A stretch of DNA of 64,000 nt from positions 55,784,201 through 55,848,200 of the forward strand of contig NC_085843.1 in assembly GCF_035594765.1 (NCBI RefSeq). Reading direction: 5' to 3'. The DNA comes from Anolis carolinensis (lineage: Eukaryota). Numbering within the stretch: the first letter of the stretch is position 1; every line of letters starts with the position of its first letter. Positions 12,991 through 24,439 of the stretch are shown in pieces. Under the pieces are notes generated by a model. That model was not told the origin of the DNA. It was given only the letters and a program-made list of their open reading frames with translations, and did not search any database. Made by a program: the position numbers and the translations under genes.

Positions 12991-14834
12991 TTGTCCCTTG
13001 AGTAAATTTTAACTCCAGCCATAATTGTCTGAAGAAACAATTGACTGTAAGAAACATTTTCTGTTAAGTTCTTGATGAAAAGATGGAATTCATGGAACCT
13101 GACAGAATGGGAACTACTGGGTATTTCTCCCATACTTAGTGTTCTTCTTCAAGAAAGTGGGGAGTGAGAAAAAAGGGAGATTAGTGGAGGGGTTTACAAC
13201 CAGCTGTAGAAGCATTGAATGAGGAAATCCAGAGATGTAGAGACTTCTGAAATGAAGATCCATGGATGAACTGACAGTTCTCTTGTTTCTTCAGAGTTTC
13301 TGTGCCTTTGAAAATGGCAAAGAGCAGAGAAACAGGCCTATTTTTTTACCAAGGCATTTCTGATTCATGGTGACCAGCTTTCCCCCCAACCTGATGCCCT
13401 CCAGATGTCCTTGACCATAGCCAGTGAACAAGATGGCTTGAGGCTATTGGGAATTGTAATCCAACACATCTGGAGGTCATCAGCTTGTGAAAAATAGGCT
13501 GAACATCTATTATATAACTCTTGATCAAAGAACTTGCAAAAGTCCACTGGGTTCGGTTAATTTATATATTTCAGTGCATTCTGTTTCTCACATTTATTCC
13601 ACCATGGAAGCCAGGGAAGCATGCATAGTATTCCCAAGTGTTTTCTCATCCATGCCCTGATCAGACCTTCTTACTTTCAACCAGATGGTTCTCCTAGCCA
13701 GAGATCATGACCTTGCTTGTAGCCTGGCTGGCACAGTTTGGAGGGCTGCCTGTAAAGAGCTTGAATGAGATATTGAGGCAGTAATGAGGAATGTTCAGCA
13801 GCTGCAACACAAATACTCAAGCAGTGAAAGAGATACAACTTTTGCTCTTATAACATTTCTCTCCTCTTGATGAATCTCCTGATCACATTTGGAGATTTAC
13901 GTTGCCGCATCAGACCTCACGTAGGAGATGCAGTTGAAGTGTTTGGTCCCCTGCCTTCTTTTGTTTGTTTGTTCCAGGTTGTGATTTTTAAGCAAAAGGG
14001 ATCACAGCTATCTGACCAACGATAGCAGTAGGTAGAGTGGCATACCTAGCACTTAGCAAGAGAGGGCTCCATTTATATTATTTTTGCATTTGAAGAATAA
14101 ATGCATGTTTATACCAGTTTATCCAAAAGACCCTTGTTCCCATCATAAAACAGTAGTTATGAAGAGAGTTGTAGTTCAATATATCTTTTACAATATATAT
14201 AATGTCATATTGCTCGGGGAGATAGCCTAAGATTTGAGGAAGACCTAAGTTCAACTCTAGCTAACAAATCCTTTACTGGTAGAGTTGTCCTGATACTGAA
14301 AGGCAATGTAACATGTTGTTCCTGATTTCTTCAAGGTCCTCTGCATAAGGATTAAGTTGCTGTCCAAAGGCAGTGTGCATTCTCCTCTGGAATTAGCATA
14401 ACTGGAGCATGGGATACACAAGAAGTTTCAATCTCTGCTGTGTATATTGTTTTTTTTAAGAAGTACTTCCACATTGCTGACATGTGTTTGTGCTATATTA
14501 TCTGAAAACCAGCCACCTATATGCTATAGACAAATTTTGTTTTACCATAATTTGTTGATAGATCTCACACCTGAATTTCTGCAGCATATCTTTTGTGATG
14601 GGGAGGAGTTTGAGGACTATAAGAACAGCCTTGGGAGATCTGTATGCTGCCCTCTTCCATTCTTTTGGCTCTCTAAACTGCAGTCAGGAAACCAGAAGAA
14701 GACTTCATAGCTAGGCATCTATGAAGGAACTAGGCAAGATGTATAAAGACATATCATTGACTGCTACACTTTAGATGGTCCATGCCATTGTATTTCCAGT
14801 TTCTATGTATGATTGTGAAACCTGGAAAGATTTT

Positions 14835-15210
14835 TAAAAAGCTGATAGGAAGAAAATTAACTCATTTGAAATATGCTGGAGAACAGTTCTGTGGACTGCT
14901 AAAATGACATTTGGGTTCTAAAGCAAATCAAGCCTGAACTTTCCTTAGAAGCCACAGTGACCAAACTGAGACTGTCATACCTTGGTCATATCATGAGTAG
15001 ACATGACTCACTAGAAAAGACAATACTTGTTAATGTAGAAGCCAGTAAGGGAAGAGTAAGACCACACTGTAAATGGGTAGACTCAGTCAAGGCAGCCACA
15101 GCCCTGATTTTGCAAGACCTGAGGGAGGCTGGTTGATGATGGCAAGGGTGACTTAGAGCTCTTTATTCATGTGATCACTATAAGGCAAAATTGACTTGAC
15201 AGCAGTTAAT
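14835..15210 (+). mobile_element. RTE/BovB-like LINE 3' fragment
   Basis: KADRKKINSFE..KLRLSYLGHIM..SLEKT..WVDSVK motifs of the RTE C-terminus; a related copy lies at 55690-55915. Confidence 0.65.
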
Positions 15211-15931
15211 AAAAAGGAGAGAATTTCAGAGATATGTTATTTGTACCTGGGTTCTGTGACAAGCAACATCTGTTTAAATCCCCTTTTCTAAACAGCTGTA
15301 TGGCATTTTCAATGTGGCAGCACTAGTCACTGAACTTTGGTACAGTGGGGCCCTAGGTTCATGAGTTTAACTCACCATGGATCGTTCGATTCCATATTAT
15401 TAAATGGCAGTGACATAAATGTAGCCACACTGGTAGGGTAGAAAGAAAAGGGATAGACCACATTAGAGTTGGTTAGACTTAATCAAGAAAATCATGAACC
15501 TTAATCTGCAAGATCTTAGGAAGTCTTGCTTTCATGGGGTCACCATAAGTTGAAGTCAACTTCATATCAGTTAATAATAACAAAAACAATTAGATAGGCT
15601 GATCCATCATAGCTATTCTTATGTTCTTAAAGCATGTAAATAAAAAAGAGAATGCAAGAGTGAAAATGTTTTTGAGGGACATTAATATGTGCTCTCTCTA
15701 CCCTATTTGCATTGTTGTAGGCTGCAATGCCATATAACAGTCAGCATTACATTGGAGAGGCATTATATGATAACACTAATCTGAGGATTAGATGATCAAC
15801 AGGCATAGTAGTAATACATCTTCATTTAATTCTGTCTTGGGTTTATCACAGGAACCCAACCTTTAATTCTGAAATGTCTGTATATGGATGTGTTGTTTCA
15901 CCATTCAGGTGTTGCTTGATATGCGTTAGAG

Positions 15932-16066
15932 CAGAGTTTCTTAAACTGTTATCTTCCAGATGTTTTAAACTTCAGCCCCCACAATTCCTAACAGCTGGTA
16001 AGCTGGCTGGTATTTCTGGGAGCTGAAGTCCAAAACATCTGGGAGAGCAGAGTTTGAGAAACATTG
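15932..16066. mobile_element. Short palindromic hAT MITE
   Basis: TIR CAGAGTTTCTTAAACT / AGTTTGAGAAACATTG; TSD CGTTAGAG/CATTAGAG (1 mismatch); same fold-back core. Confidence 0.8.
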
Positions 16067-16134
16067 CATTAGAGTAAGTAATATTAGTTGGCCGGTTTCC
16101 TTTTCTCTGGTACCTGCCATGGATCATGCTTCAT

Positions 16135-16480
16135 TGTCAGGCTCACTTCAAAGGACCAGTCTGAACGCAGATCAAATCCAATCTTTATTGAAGAATACAT
16201 GACTTTGGAAAAAGTCGAGAATGACCTAATGTTTACATACAATCATTTTTATCACCTCTGATGCAACGTAACACCACACGCAAATATCATCATCAAACCC
16301 CACCCCCTGTATCACATTTCTACTATTCCGACACACTCTACCAATTATAATTGTTTACACTTTCAACCCCGAGTTCCCAGGCTCTTCTATCTTCTTCTGC
16401 CAGGTGCTTCCAGGATTATTTATGTTATGACTCCAAGTCCAGGGCTTGGAAATTCAGCCCTGGGACTTGGTTCCATGACA
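16135..16480 (-). repeat. 3' LTR (346 bp)
   Basis: Direct repeat of 21430-21791 differing by 3 substitutions and a 16-bp deletion. Confidence 0.97.
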
Positions 16481-16485
16481 TGGCG

Positions 16486-16499
16486 CCCTCTTTTTCTCC
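16486..16499 (-). other. Polypurine tract
   Basis: Minus strand GGAGAAAAAGAGGG ends 5 nt before the 3' LTR. Confidence 0.8.
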
Positions 16500-16555
16500 A
16501 TCCTCCTCTTCGGTGCTTCTTTCATCACAATTCTGAAATAAATCAAACAATAACT

Positions 16556-19500
16556 CTATGTGTCCATTTTGTCCAAAGTACCCATATACTTTTTCAGTAA
16601 GCTGCGATGGAATACTGGGTGTATTTTCCCTAAACTTTTTGGCAATGCCAACTGGAAAGTTACTTCGTTGATAACACCCTGTATTCTGAATGGTCCAATA
16701 TATTTGGGGCCCAGTTTTCTCGAAGGCAGCCCCAATTTGATGTTTTGGGTACTTAACTACACTAAATCTCCTTCCTCCAATTTATCGCCTTCCATCCTTT
16801 TTCTGTCTGCGAATGTTTTATACTTTTTGTGTGCTTCCTTTAAGGATGCAGTCACTTGACTCCAGCATTCTAGCATTTGAGTTTTCCATTTCCCTGCCCC
16901 TGTTTCTTCATTCTCTGTCCATCTTGGCAACTGGGGCAGAGGCTGTATTTCATACCCGTAAACTACTTCAAAGGGAGTTTTATTTGTTGCGGAATGTATA
17001 GTCGAATTAAAAGCTAGTTCTGCGAAAGCCAGCCACTTAGACCAGTCATTTTGTCTCATGTTAGAGTACATTCGAAGGAACTGCCCAAGCGTCTGTTGAG
17101 TACGTTCTACTGCCCCGTTTGTCATGGGGTGAAAAGCAGAACTTAGACTCCTTTCTGCTCCTAGCATTTCCAAGAATTTTTCCCAGAATTTTGCTGTGAA
17201 CTAAACCCCTCTGTCACTGACCACTCTACTGGGACATCCATGAAGTTTGTAAATATGGTTTATGTACAATTCAGCTAGTTTCTCTGCCGATGGTAGTTTC
17301 GTCAGTGCTATAAAGTGGGCCTGTTTGGAAAACAGGTCTAATACTGTCCAAATATAACGATGTCCTTTGCTAACCGGCAGTTCCCCCACAAAGTCCATAG
17401 CTACACATTCCCAAGGCCTGGTAGGTTCTGCTACTGTTTGTAATAATCCCATTGGCTTCCCTCCTCTCGATTTATTTCTGGCACAATCATCACATTGAAC
17501 AACATGATTCTTTATGTCCTTCCTCATCCCTGGCCACCAACAATGTTTTGCTATTGCCTTTGTTGTTTTTGTAATTCCTGTATGACCAGCGCTCTGGTTA
17601 TTGTGAAAACGATGCAAAATCTTAATCCTTAATATTGCTGGGATATACAGTTTCTTGTTCACAAACCAGAATCCCCCCTTCTGCTCCCCCTTTTCTGCGT
17701 TGGATGCGATCCACTGATCTCCTTCGTATGACTGTTTCAGTTCTTTTCCCCAACTATTCTCCTCGTCGAATTTAATAATAGCAGTGTTCTCTCTTTGGGT
17801 CTGCGCTCTTGTACTGACAGCTAAGCCCCATTGTTTATCAGAGAATACTGTTCCCTCTTTTGCTGTGGTTATGCCTTCGTGTTGAGGCATGCGTGAAAGA
17901 GCATCTGCCAAGACATTCTGTTTCCCTTGGAAAAACTTTAATTGGAAATCGAACCTGCTGAAGTATTGTGCCCATCTAATTTGTTTGGGGGACAATTTTC
18001 GAGGAGATTTTAAATACTGGAGGTTCTTATGGTCAGACCAAATTTCAAATGGGATTCCGCTCCCTTCGAGGAAGTGTCGCCAGCATTCTAAGGCTTTTAA
18101 TATGGCTAATGCTTCTTTTTCCCATATGGGCCAACATTTTTCAGTTTCACTGAACTTCCGGGACAAATATCCACAAGGTTTTAAGTTCCCATTTTGATCT
18201 TTTTGCAATAGTACTGCCCCGTATGCACAGTCTGAAGCATCGCAATGGATTATGAAAGGGCTCCGGATATCGGGGTGTTTTAGGATGGGTTCTTCTGTGA
18301 AGCATCCTTTTAGGGTTTCAAATGCCTTTTGGCATTCTGGCGTCCAACTCAGTTTGGCGCCAGGAGCTTTCACTTTTGCTGTCTCCCCTTTCCCTTTTAT
18401 TTTTAAAAGTTCAGTAAGGGGTGCGGTTATTTGCGCAAAGCCTTTTATGAACGATCTATAAAAATTTGCAAACCCCAGAAATGATTGCAATTGCCTCCTT
18501 GTTTGAGGTACTCCCCATTCTTTTACGTCTGATACTTTAGACGGGTCCATAGCTAACCCTTCTGGAGATATCCGATACCCCAGAAAGTCAATTTGAGTTT
18601 TATTAAATTCACATTTGGACAGTTTTGCATACAGCTTTGCTTCCCTTAGTCTCTGCAAAACTTCCCGGACCAATTCCACGTGCTTTTCTTTATCTTCGCT
18701 CACGATCAAGATGTCATCAAGGAATATGAATACTCCTCGGTACAACAATGGGTGCAGTATTTCATTTATAAGCTGCATAAAGCAACTGCCGCCATTTTTT
18801 AACCCAAATGGCAAAATTTTATATTCAAAATGGCCGAATGCGCAGGAAAATGCAGTTTTCCAAGTATCCTCGGGTTTGATTCTTAATTTATGATATGCTT
18901 CAATTAAATCCAGTTTAGTAAATATGCTCCCTTTCTTCAATACGGTAATTAAATCCTTTACTAAGGGCATAGGGTATTTATTGTCCTTAGTAATTGCATT
19001 TAAATTTCGATAGTCAATGCACAATCTTAGAGAGTTGTCTTTCTTTCTCCTAAATAACACTGGGGCTCCGAGAGGAGAATTGGATGGCTTAATGAAGCCT
19101 CGCGCCAGGTTCTTATCAATATATTTCCTCAATTCCTCCTTCTCCTGAACAGACATGGGATACACTTTTGGTTTTGGTAAGTTTGCTCCTGGGGTTATTT
19201 CAATTTCTACTTCTATATTCCTCTTGGGAGGTAATTTACTTGCCTCTTTCTGATTGAAAACATCCACAAAGTCTCTGTATTCAGGTGGCAATAGCTGTGG
19301 GTCTATTTCCCCTGCTTCATTTCCCTCGTCCTCCTCTCCTGCTATTTTGCTTATCTCCCATTGCGTTTGTTGTTCTTTAAATGCTAGGCTCTTTCCTCTC
19401 CAATCTACTTCAGGATTTGCCTGTTCGAGCCATGAGATCCTTAGTATTACATGGTATGTGGCAATAGGGGCTATCACAAAGGATATTCTTCCTTCCCATT

Positions 19501-21376
19501 TGCCTATTTTACATGGGACCCCCCGTATTTCCTTCGTAGATACTTCCCCAGCAGCAACTGATCCATCTAGCTGCGAAAATGCAATTGGGGAGTCAAGCAA
19601 CGTCTGCTGGCATTTCAGCGCTCCTGCTAATTCCGGAGTTATAATGTTCCTAGAACAACCGCAATCCACGAATGCCCTGCAGGTGGCCCGATTCTCTAGC
19701 CCCGATAGGCAGATTGGCACTACTAGCATGCGTTTGTCTCGACTCACCAGCCTTTCCGGAGATTCTGGGGCTCGCACCTCCTCCTCCGCTCGTCTCCCGG
19801 CTGCTGGCTTGGGCTTTGAGGGTTTTGGCGGCTCCCCCTTCCGGGCCCAACATTCTGCTGCTCGATGGCCCGTCTTCCCACATACAAAGCATCCCGGCTT
19901 GGGTTTGTTGTCATCTCCTTTGAAGGGGATCCCCGGCCTCCCTCCGGGCCTTTCCTGCTTCCTCGTTTCTCCTCGACCCCTCGCCACCGGTCTTTGCTGG
20001 CCGCCGCCGCCCCTGAAACGCTTTACTTGGGCCAGGGTGGATTCGACGCGCCCCGCTAGTTGTATCCAGCCCTGGAGTGTTTCTGGGTCGTCTCTGTGCG
20101 CTGCCCAACTGAAAACCTCGGGGCGTAGTCCCTCTTTGAATATCTCCACTTTGGTCACTTCAGACCACTCTGGCACCCTTTCCGCGAGATGGAGGAATTC
20201 CTCTGCGTACTCGGGCACCGTTTTGTCCCTCTGCTTTATTCCTTTAAGCTGGTCTCGAGCCCTCAATTGCTCTAGCCGGTCTCTGAACCGGTTTTCCAGT
20301 GCGGCGAGGAAGCGGGGTACTGACCTCAGGCACGGGTCGCGTCTGGCATGTAGTTGCACATACCAGCTGGCTGCTCCTCTCTTTAGTGTGTTGCCGATGG
20401 CCCGAACCATGCTTCCTTCGGAGGGGAATGTGTGTGCATTGTCTTCCATATATCCTCTGATGCTAATGAGGAAAAAGTTCAGTTCAGATGATTCCCCTCC
20501 GTATTCCAGTTTGAGCTCTTCCCTCCTTTGCATCCATTCTGCGGCCCGTTGATGCTGTCTGGGAGGCATGGGGAAGGGTTGCATCGGGTTTCCTTGGACG
20601 GCCCCTTTGAACACGCCGCGCCCCACTCCGGCGGTCGTTCCGCGCGGCTCCCGAAATTCTGCCGCTGCTGTCGGCCCTTCCACCCATCCGAATGCGGGCC
20701 TCGCTGTAGCCCCCGCACCTCGCCTTCCCTCGTCGTACGGCACATCCTCCTCCTCTTCCTGGATCTCCGGCTCCTCTCCGCCTTCGTCTGCCAATCCACT
20801 GGACCCGATCCCTGGCCCCAGTGGTCTTTCCACCCCGACGCCCATTCGGGGGGTTGGAAGTCCTGTTGGAGTTGGCGGCCTCAGAGTTCCCAGAGCTTGC
20901 TGGCGCTCCACTTCGCGTGCCATTCTGTCTCGGAACTCCAGTTCCTGCCAGTATTCCTCATCCCCCTCGCCCCTCGCCGCCACGGGGCTCTGCGTTGAGG
21001 CGCGCTGGCCCCTCTGGCTCCAAGCTTCTTCTTTACTTGGCTCTCTCTCGGCGCCATATCGGGTGGGCTCCCTCTGGAGATTCTCTTCCAATAGTGGCAC
21101 CAACCTCCCCACGGTTTCCGACAGCCTGGATAAATTAGTTTCCAGGATTGATAACCGCAGGGCCACGGTCTCCGGCATGCTTCCTCCAGATCCCCAACTG
21201 GTTTCTGCAGCCGCAGAGACGCCTCTTCCTCCTCTGGGAATCCTCTGGGTCACGCCGTTCGGCCTGGGGTACCCCGTAGAGGAAGCTATGGCTTGCAGCG
21301 TCTCTTCCCCCAACGGCCGGGCCCCTGGCAAAGGCCTCTCTGCTCCATTTAGGCTTTGATCGCCTTCTCCACTCAT
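16556..21376 (-). pseudogene. Single-frame gag-pol polyprotein with two in-frame TAG stops in integrase
   Basis: ATG at 21376; CCHC knuckle CFVCGKTGHRAAEC; protease FVDCGC; RT IFLDDILI; RNase H CDASD / WSDHKNL; integrase HH-CC and D,D,E. Stops at 17201-17203 (DRGV*FTAKFW) and 16757-16759 (GDLV*LSTQNIK). The frame continues through YIGPF and HPVFH to TAG at 16556-16558. Confidence 0.93.
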
Positions 21377-21415
21377 TATCACTTCACTGCAAATCCGCAG
21401 GAGGGTGAGATCGGG

Positions 21416-21426
21416 ATTCTCGACTT
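21416..21426 (-). other. Self-priming primer-binding site (non-tRNA)
   Basis: Minus-strand AAGTCGAGAAT, 3 nt inside the 5' LTR boundary, is exactly complementary to ATTCTCGACTT in the LTR (21533-21523). No TGG tRNA-type PBS is present. Confidence 0.8.
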
Positions 21427-21429
21427 AAA

Positions 21430-21791
21430 TGTCAGGCTCACTTCAAAGGACCAGTCTGAACGCAGATCAAAGATAGCTGCTCTCAAATCCAATCTTTATT
21501 GAAGAATACATGACTTTGGAAAAAGTCGAGAATGACCTAATGTTTACATACAATCATTTTTATCACCTCTGATGCAACATAACACCACACGCAAATATCA
21601 TCATCAAACCCCACCCCCTGTATCACATTTCTACTATTCCGACACACTCTACCAATTATAATTGTTTACACTTTCAACCCCGAGTTCCCAGGCTCTTCTA
21701 TCTTCTTCTGCCAGGTGCTTCCAGGATTATTTATGTTATGACTCCTGGTCCAGGGCTTGGAAATTCAGCCCTGGGACTTGGTTCCATGACA
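21430..21791 (-). repeat. 5' LTR (362 bp) with promoter and poly(A) signals
   Basis: Minus strand GATAAAAA (21564-21557) lies 31 nt upstream of the inferred start at 21533; AATAAA at 21500-21495. Confidence 0.95.
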
Positions 21792-22604
21792 CTTCATGTT
21801 GCCTTTGTGCAATCAGAATTTATTAATGACATTTCCATTACCAAATTTTTCAATTAAAAAACCTCCTCATTTTCTTTAAAAGAGAGGGGAGGGTTTGCAC
21901 TTTCTGCAAGCTTCCGGAAGCATGAATCTCCTTTAAAATGTTAGACCCGTTGAGTTTGATTTAAGCAACACAGTAAAATAAAAGCTCTCACACATACACC
22001 CCTCCACAGTACTTTTGATGTCAGTCTCAGAGCACCAAATTCAGCAACAAGGAAGATCTGGAGTTTATATAAATGGCGGAGGGGGGGGGGCTGTGTGTGT
22101 TACATTTTGCCCACACCTGCTGTGTGTGTATCATGTAGTGGTATACTGCTGGGATGTAAAGCAGCATCCCCTGGAATGGATCCCTGTTGCTGCAGATAGG
22201 TTTGCTTGATGTGCCATGTGCAGCTTTCCCATCTCCAGTTGCTTACTTGACAGATTTTTTGTATCTCAGACAATCTGCCTCCCAGTCCTTAGAGATGGTA
22301 GCGTGGATAAGTGTACAAGTGGATATTGAGCTGCTTTGTCCTGGATGCTCTTGAGTCAAACTGTGTTCACGATGAAATGTAGCCCAAGTGATCTGATGTT
22401 TTTGCCAGGACCTGATTGCATGACCAAAAGTTCTGTTTTCTGAAGGGATATTGGCATGGGTGCAATGGCAAGCAACAGTAATCCCATGCTGGCGGGACTT
22501 TCTAATTTGTTAGCATTAAATGAGGCCTTGGCCTTTTTCCAGGGCTGGACTGATCATACATTCTGATGTTGATTTTTCTTAGTAAAACTTTGGTCTTCTT
22601 TCAG

Positions 22605-22683
22605 GTGATCGTCATTTATTCACAAAGGGCTTCTGAACCCATCTTCAGGATGATCAGCACAATGTTGTGACGCTGGAGTTCTG
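22605..22683 (+). other. BCL9: Probable non-coding 5' UTR exon of BCL9
   Basis: Strong acceptor TCTTCTTTCAG| and donor CTG|GTAAGT around a 79-nt unique segment upstream of the first coding exon; BCL9 is known to have non-coding leader exons. Confidence 0.6.
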
Positions 22684-22989
22684 GTAAGTTCCTGTGTAAT
22701 GAAAGGAAGAGAATGACAGGATTTTAAAATGCAGGCTCTAGCATGCTGTATTGAATAATAATTAGTTGGCAAAACCACTTAAAAATCTGTTCACTTCATG
22801 TTCTGATGTGGCAGGATGGTGAGGATCATGTATCTGAGAAGGAGTACTGATATTCTGAGGCAATGGTATTACTACCTCAGGCTGAAGGTATATTGCGCAT
22901 TTGTAACAAAGTTCAATATAATCTGATACGATGCCACAAGAATGTGAATGCATATTATTGTTGTTTTAAACTGTTTATTTTATAATGTA

Positions 22990-24439
22990 CTAGCTGTGCC
23001 CAGCCACGCGTTGCTTTGGCTTATCGGAATGCTTTGTTGGTCAGGTGGAATAGCAGTGAATAGTCTTGTAGCCTCAAAGCCTGGCCATTTTCTTCTTATG
23101 GGAATCCTTGTTTCGTGAGCTGGAATACAAAGGAATAGGAACTTGTGTTCTAGGGGAATGGTTTTTTGGGCTGCTAGAATTGCAATGAGTAGCCTCACTA
23201 CTTCAAAGCCTGGCTGCTTGCTACTTAGGGGAATCTTTGGTTGGTCAGCTTCAGTAGTACAGAGTAGTATTGCTGCTTCAAAGCATGGCCACCTTCTACC
23301 AAGGTTAATCCTCTGTTGCACTGAATAGCCTTGCAGCTTCAATGCCTGGCTGTGTTATACCTAGGGGAGTCCTTGTTTGGTGAGCTGGAGTAGCACCTTC
23401 AATCAAAGAGCCGTTTTGAAGCCTGGCTACTTCCTTTGTAGGGGAATTCTTGTTTGGCCAGCTTGAATTGCACTGAATAGTCTTGCAGGTTAAAAGCCTG
23501 GCTGCTTTCTACATAGGGCAGCCATCCTAAGCCAGGTTGAATGGGACGGAGTAGACTCGTGGCTTCAAAGCCTGGGGGTTTTCTATCTAGGGGAAATCTT
23601 GGTTGGCTAGGTTGAATAGCACTGAATAGCCTTGCTGCTTGCAAGCCTGGCCGCTTTCTACCTTGTGGAATTGGTCACCTTGATTAGCATTTAATGGCAT
23701 TGCAGGTTTAAAGCCTGGCTGCTTCCTCCCTGGGGAAATCCTTTCTTGGGAGGTGTTAGCTGGCCCTGATTGTTTCCTTTCTGGAATTTCCAAGTTCCCT
23801 GCTTTCAGAGTGTTGCTCTTTATTTACTGTCCTGGCTTTAGAGATTATATTGTTCTGTATTATTATACCACAGTAATTATTTCATATTATATTTATAATC
23901 TTATATTATCTACTTAGAAGTGGATTATATGAGGCCCCTTCTACACAGCTGTATCAAATCCACACTGAAGTGGATTATATGGCAGTATGGACTCAAGATA
24001 ATCCAGTTCAAAGCAGATAATATAAGATTATAAATGGGTAATATAGCTGTTTTGAGTCTACACTGCCTTATAATCCAGTTCAAATCAGATAATCTGTATT
24101 TTATAGGAAGTGTGGATCAGGCTTAAGTGCACTCTGCCTGTGCCCTGGTGCCATTTTGGCTGAGGGAGTTGCTAGGATACGAAGGGGGCGGGGCCTAAAG
24201 GCAGCGGGAGGGGGGGGGGGCTAAAGGCAGCAGAGCCTACCTTTAACTGGCAGTTAGGGGGAGAAAGGCTCTTCCTCATCCTCTGTAATTTGGACTATTT
24301 TTCTAGGTTTTTTTTTTTAATTGAAAGACATATTTTGGATGACTATATCTTTTGTGGCCAAATTTAGTGTGATTTGGTTCAGTGGTTTTATTGTTTACTC
24401 CATAGTAAAACGAACATTACATTTTTTAATATATATAGA
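22990..24439 (-). mobile_element. Non-autonomous Helitron
   Basis: Minus strand starts A|TCTATATAT and ends with a GCCA..TGGC hairpin then CTAG|T; AT target, no TSD. Confidence 0.8.
23040..23760. repeat. Diverged minisatellite (about 60-78-bp unit) inside the Helitron
   Basis: AAAGCCTGGC-like anchors recur near 23077, 23205, 23281, 23341, 23419, 23493, 23567, 23643 and 23710. Confidence 0.8.

Larger units (their letters stand above)
16135..21791 (-). mobile_element. Full-length Ty3/gypsy LTR retrotransposon (Tf1/sushi-like, self-priming type), antisense within the upstream BCL9 region
   Basis: Two near-identical LTRs with TGTCA..TGACA ends, 6-bp TSD CTTCAT, gag-PR-RT-RH-IN domain order, polypurine tract next to the 3' LTR. 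Confidence 0.97.

Noticed and set aside
13230-14740. Further BCL9 non-coding exons (acceptor-like sites near 13293, 13977 and 14561)
   Set aside because: No convincing paired GT donor; this cannot be supported without transcript data.
17201-17203. Programmed stop-codon readthrough in integrase
   Set aside because: The TAG falls inside the conserved DRGxQF catalytic-core motif, lacks a known readthrough context, and a second stop follows. A nonsense mutation is the simpler explanation.
19254-21359. Long plus-strand ORFs (432 aa and 263 aa, same frame, one stop between them) opposite gag
   Set aside because: They lie in the antisense frame that shares wobble positions with a GC-rich coding region, where stops are naturally scarce. 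The products are low-complexity with no recognisable domain. I treat them as shadow ORFs unless the frame proves conserved across the family.
23040-23760. CRISPR-like repeat-spacer array
   Set aside because: The sequences between anchors are homologous to one another, so this is a diverged tandem repeat. The context is eukaryotic with no cas genes.
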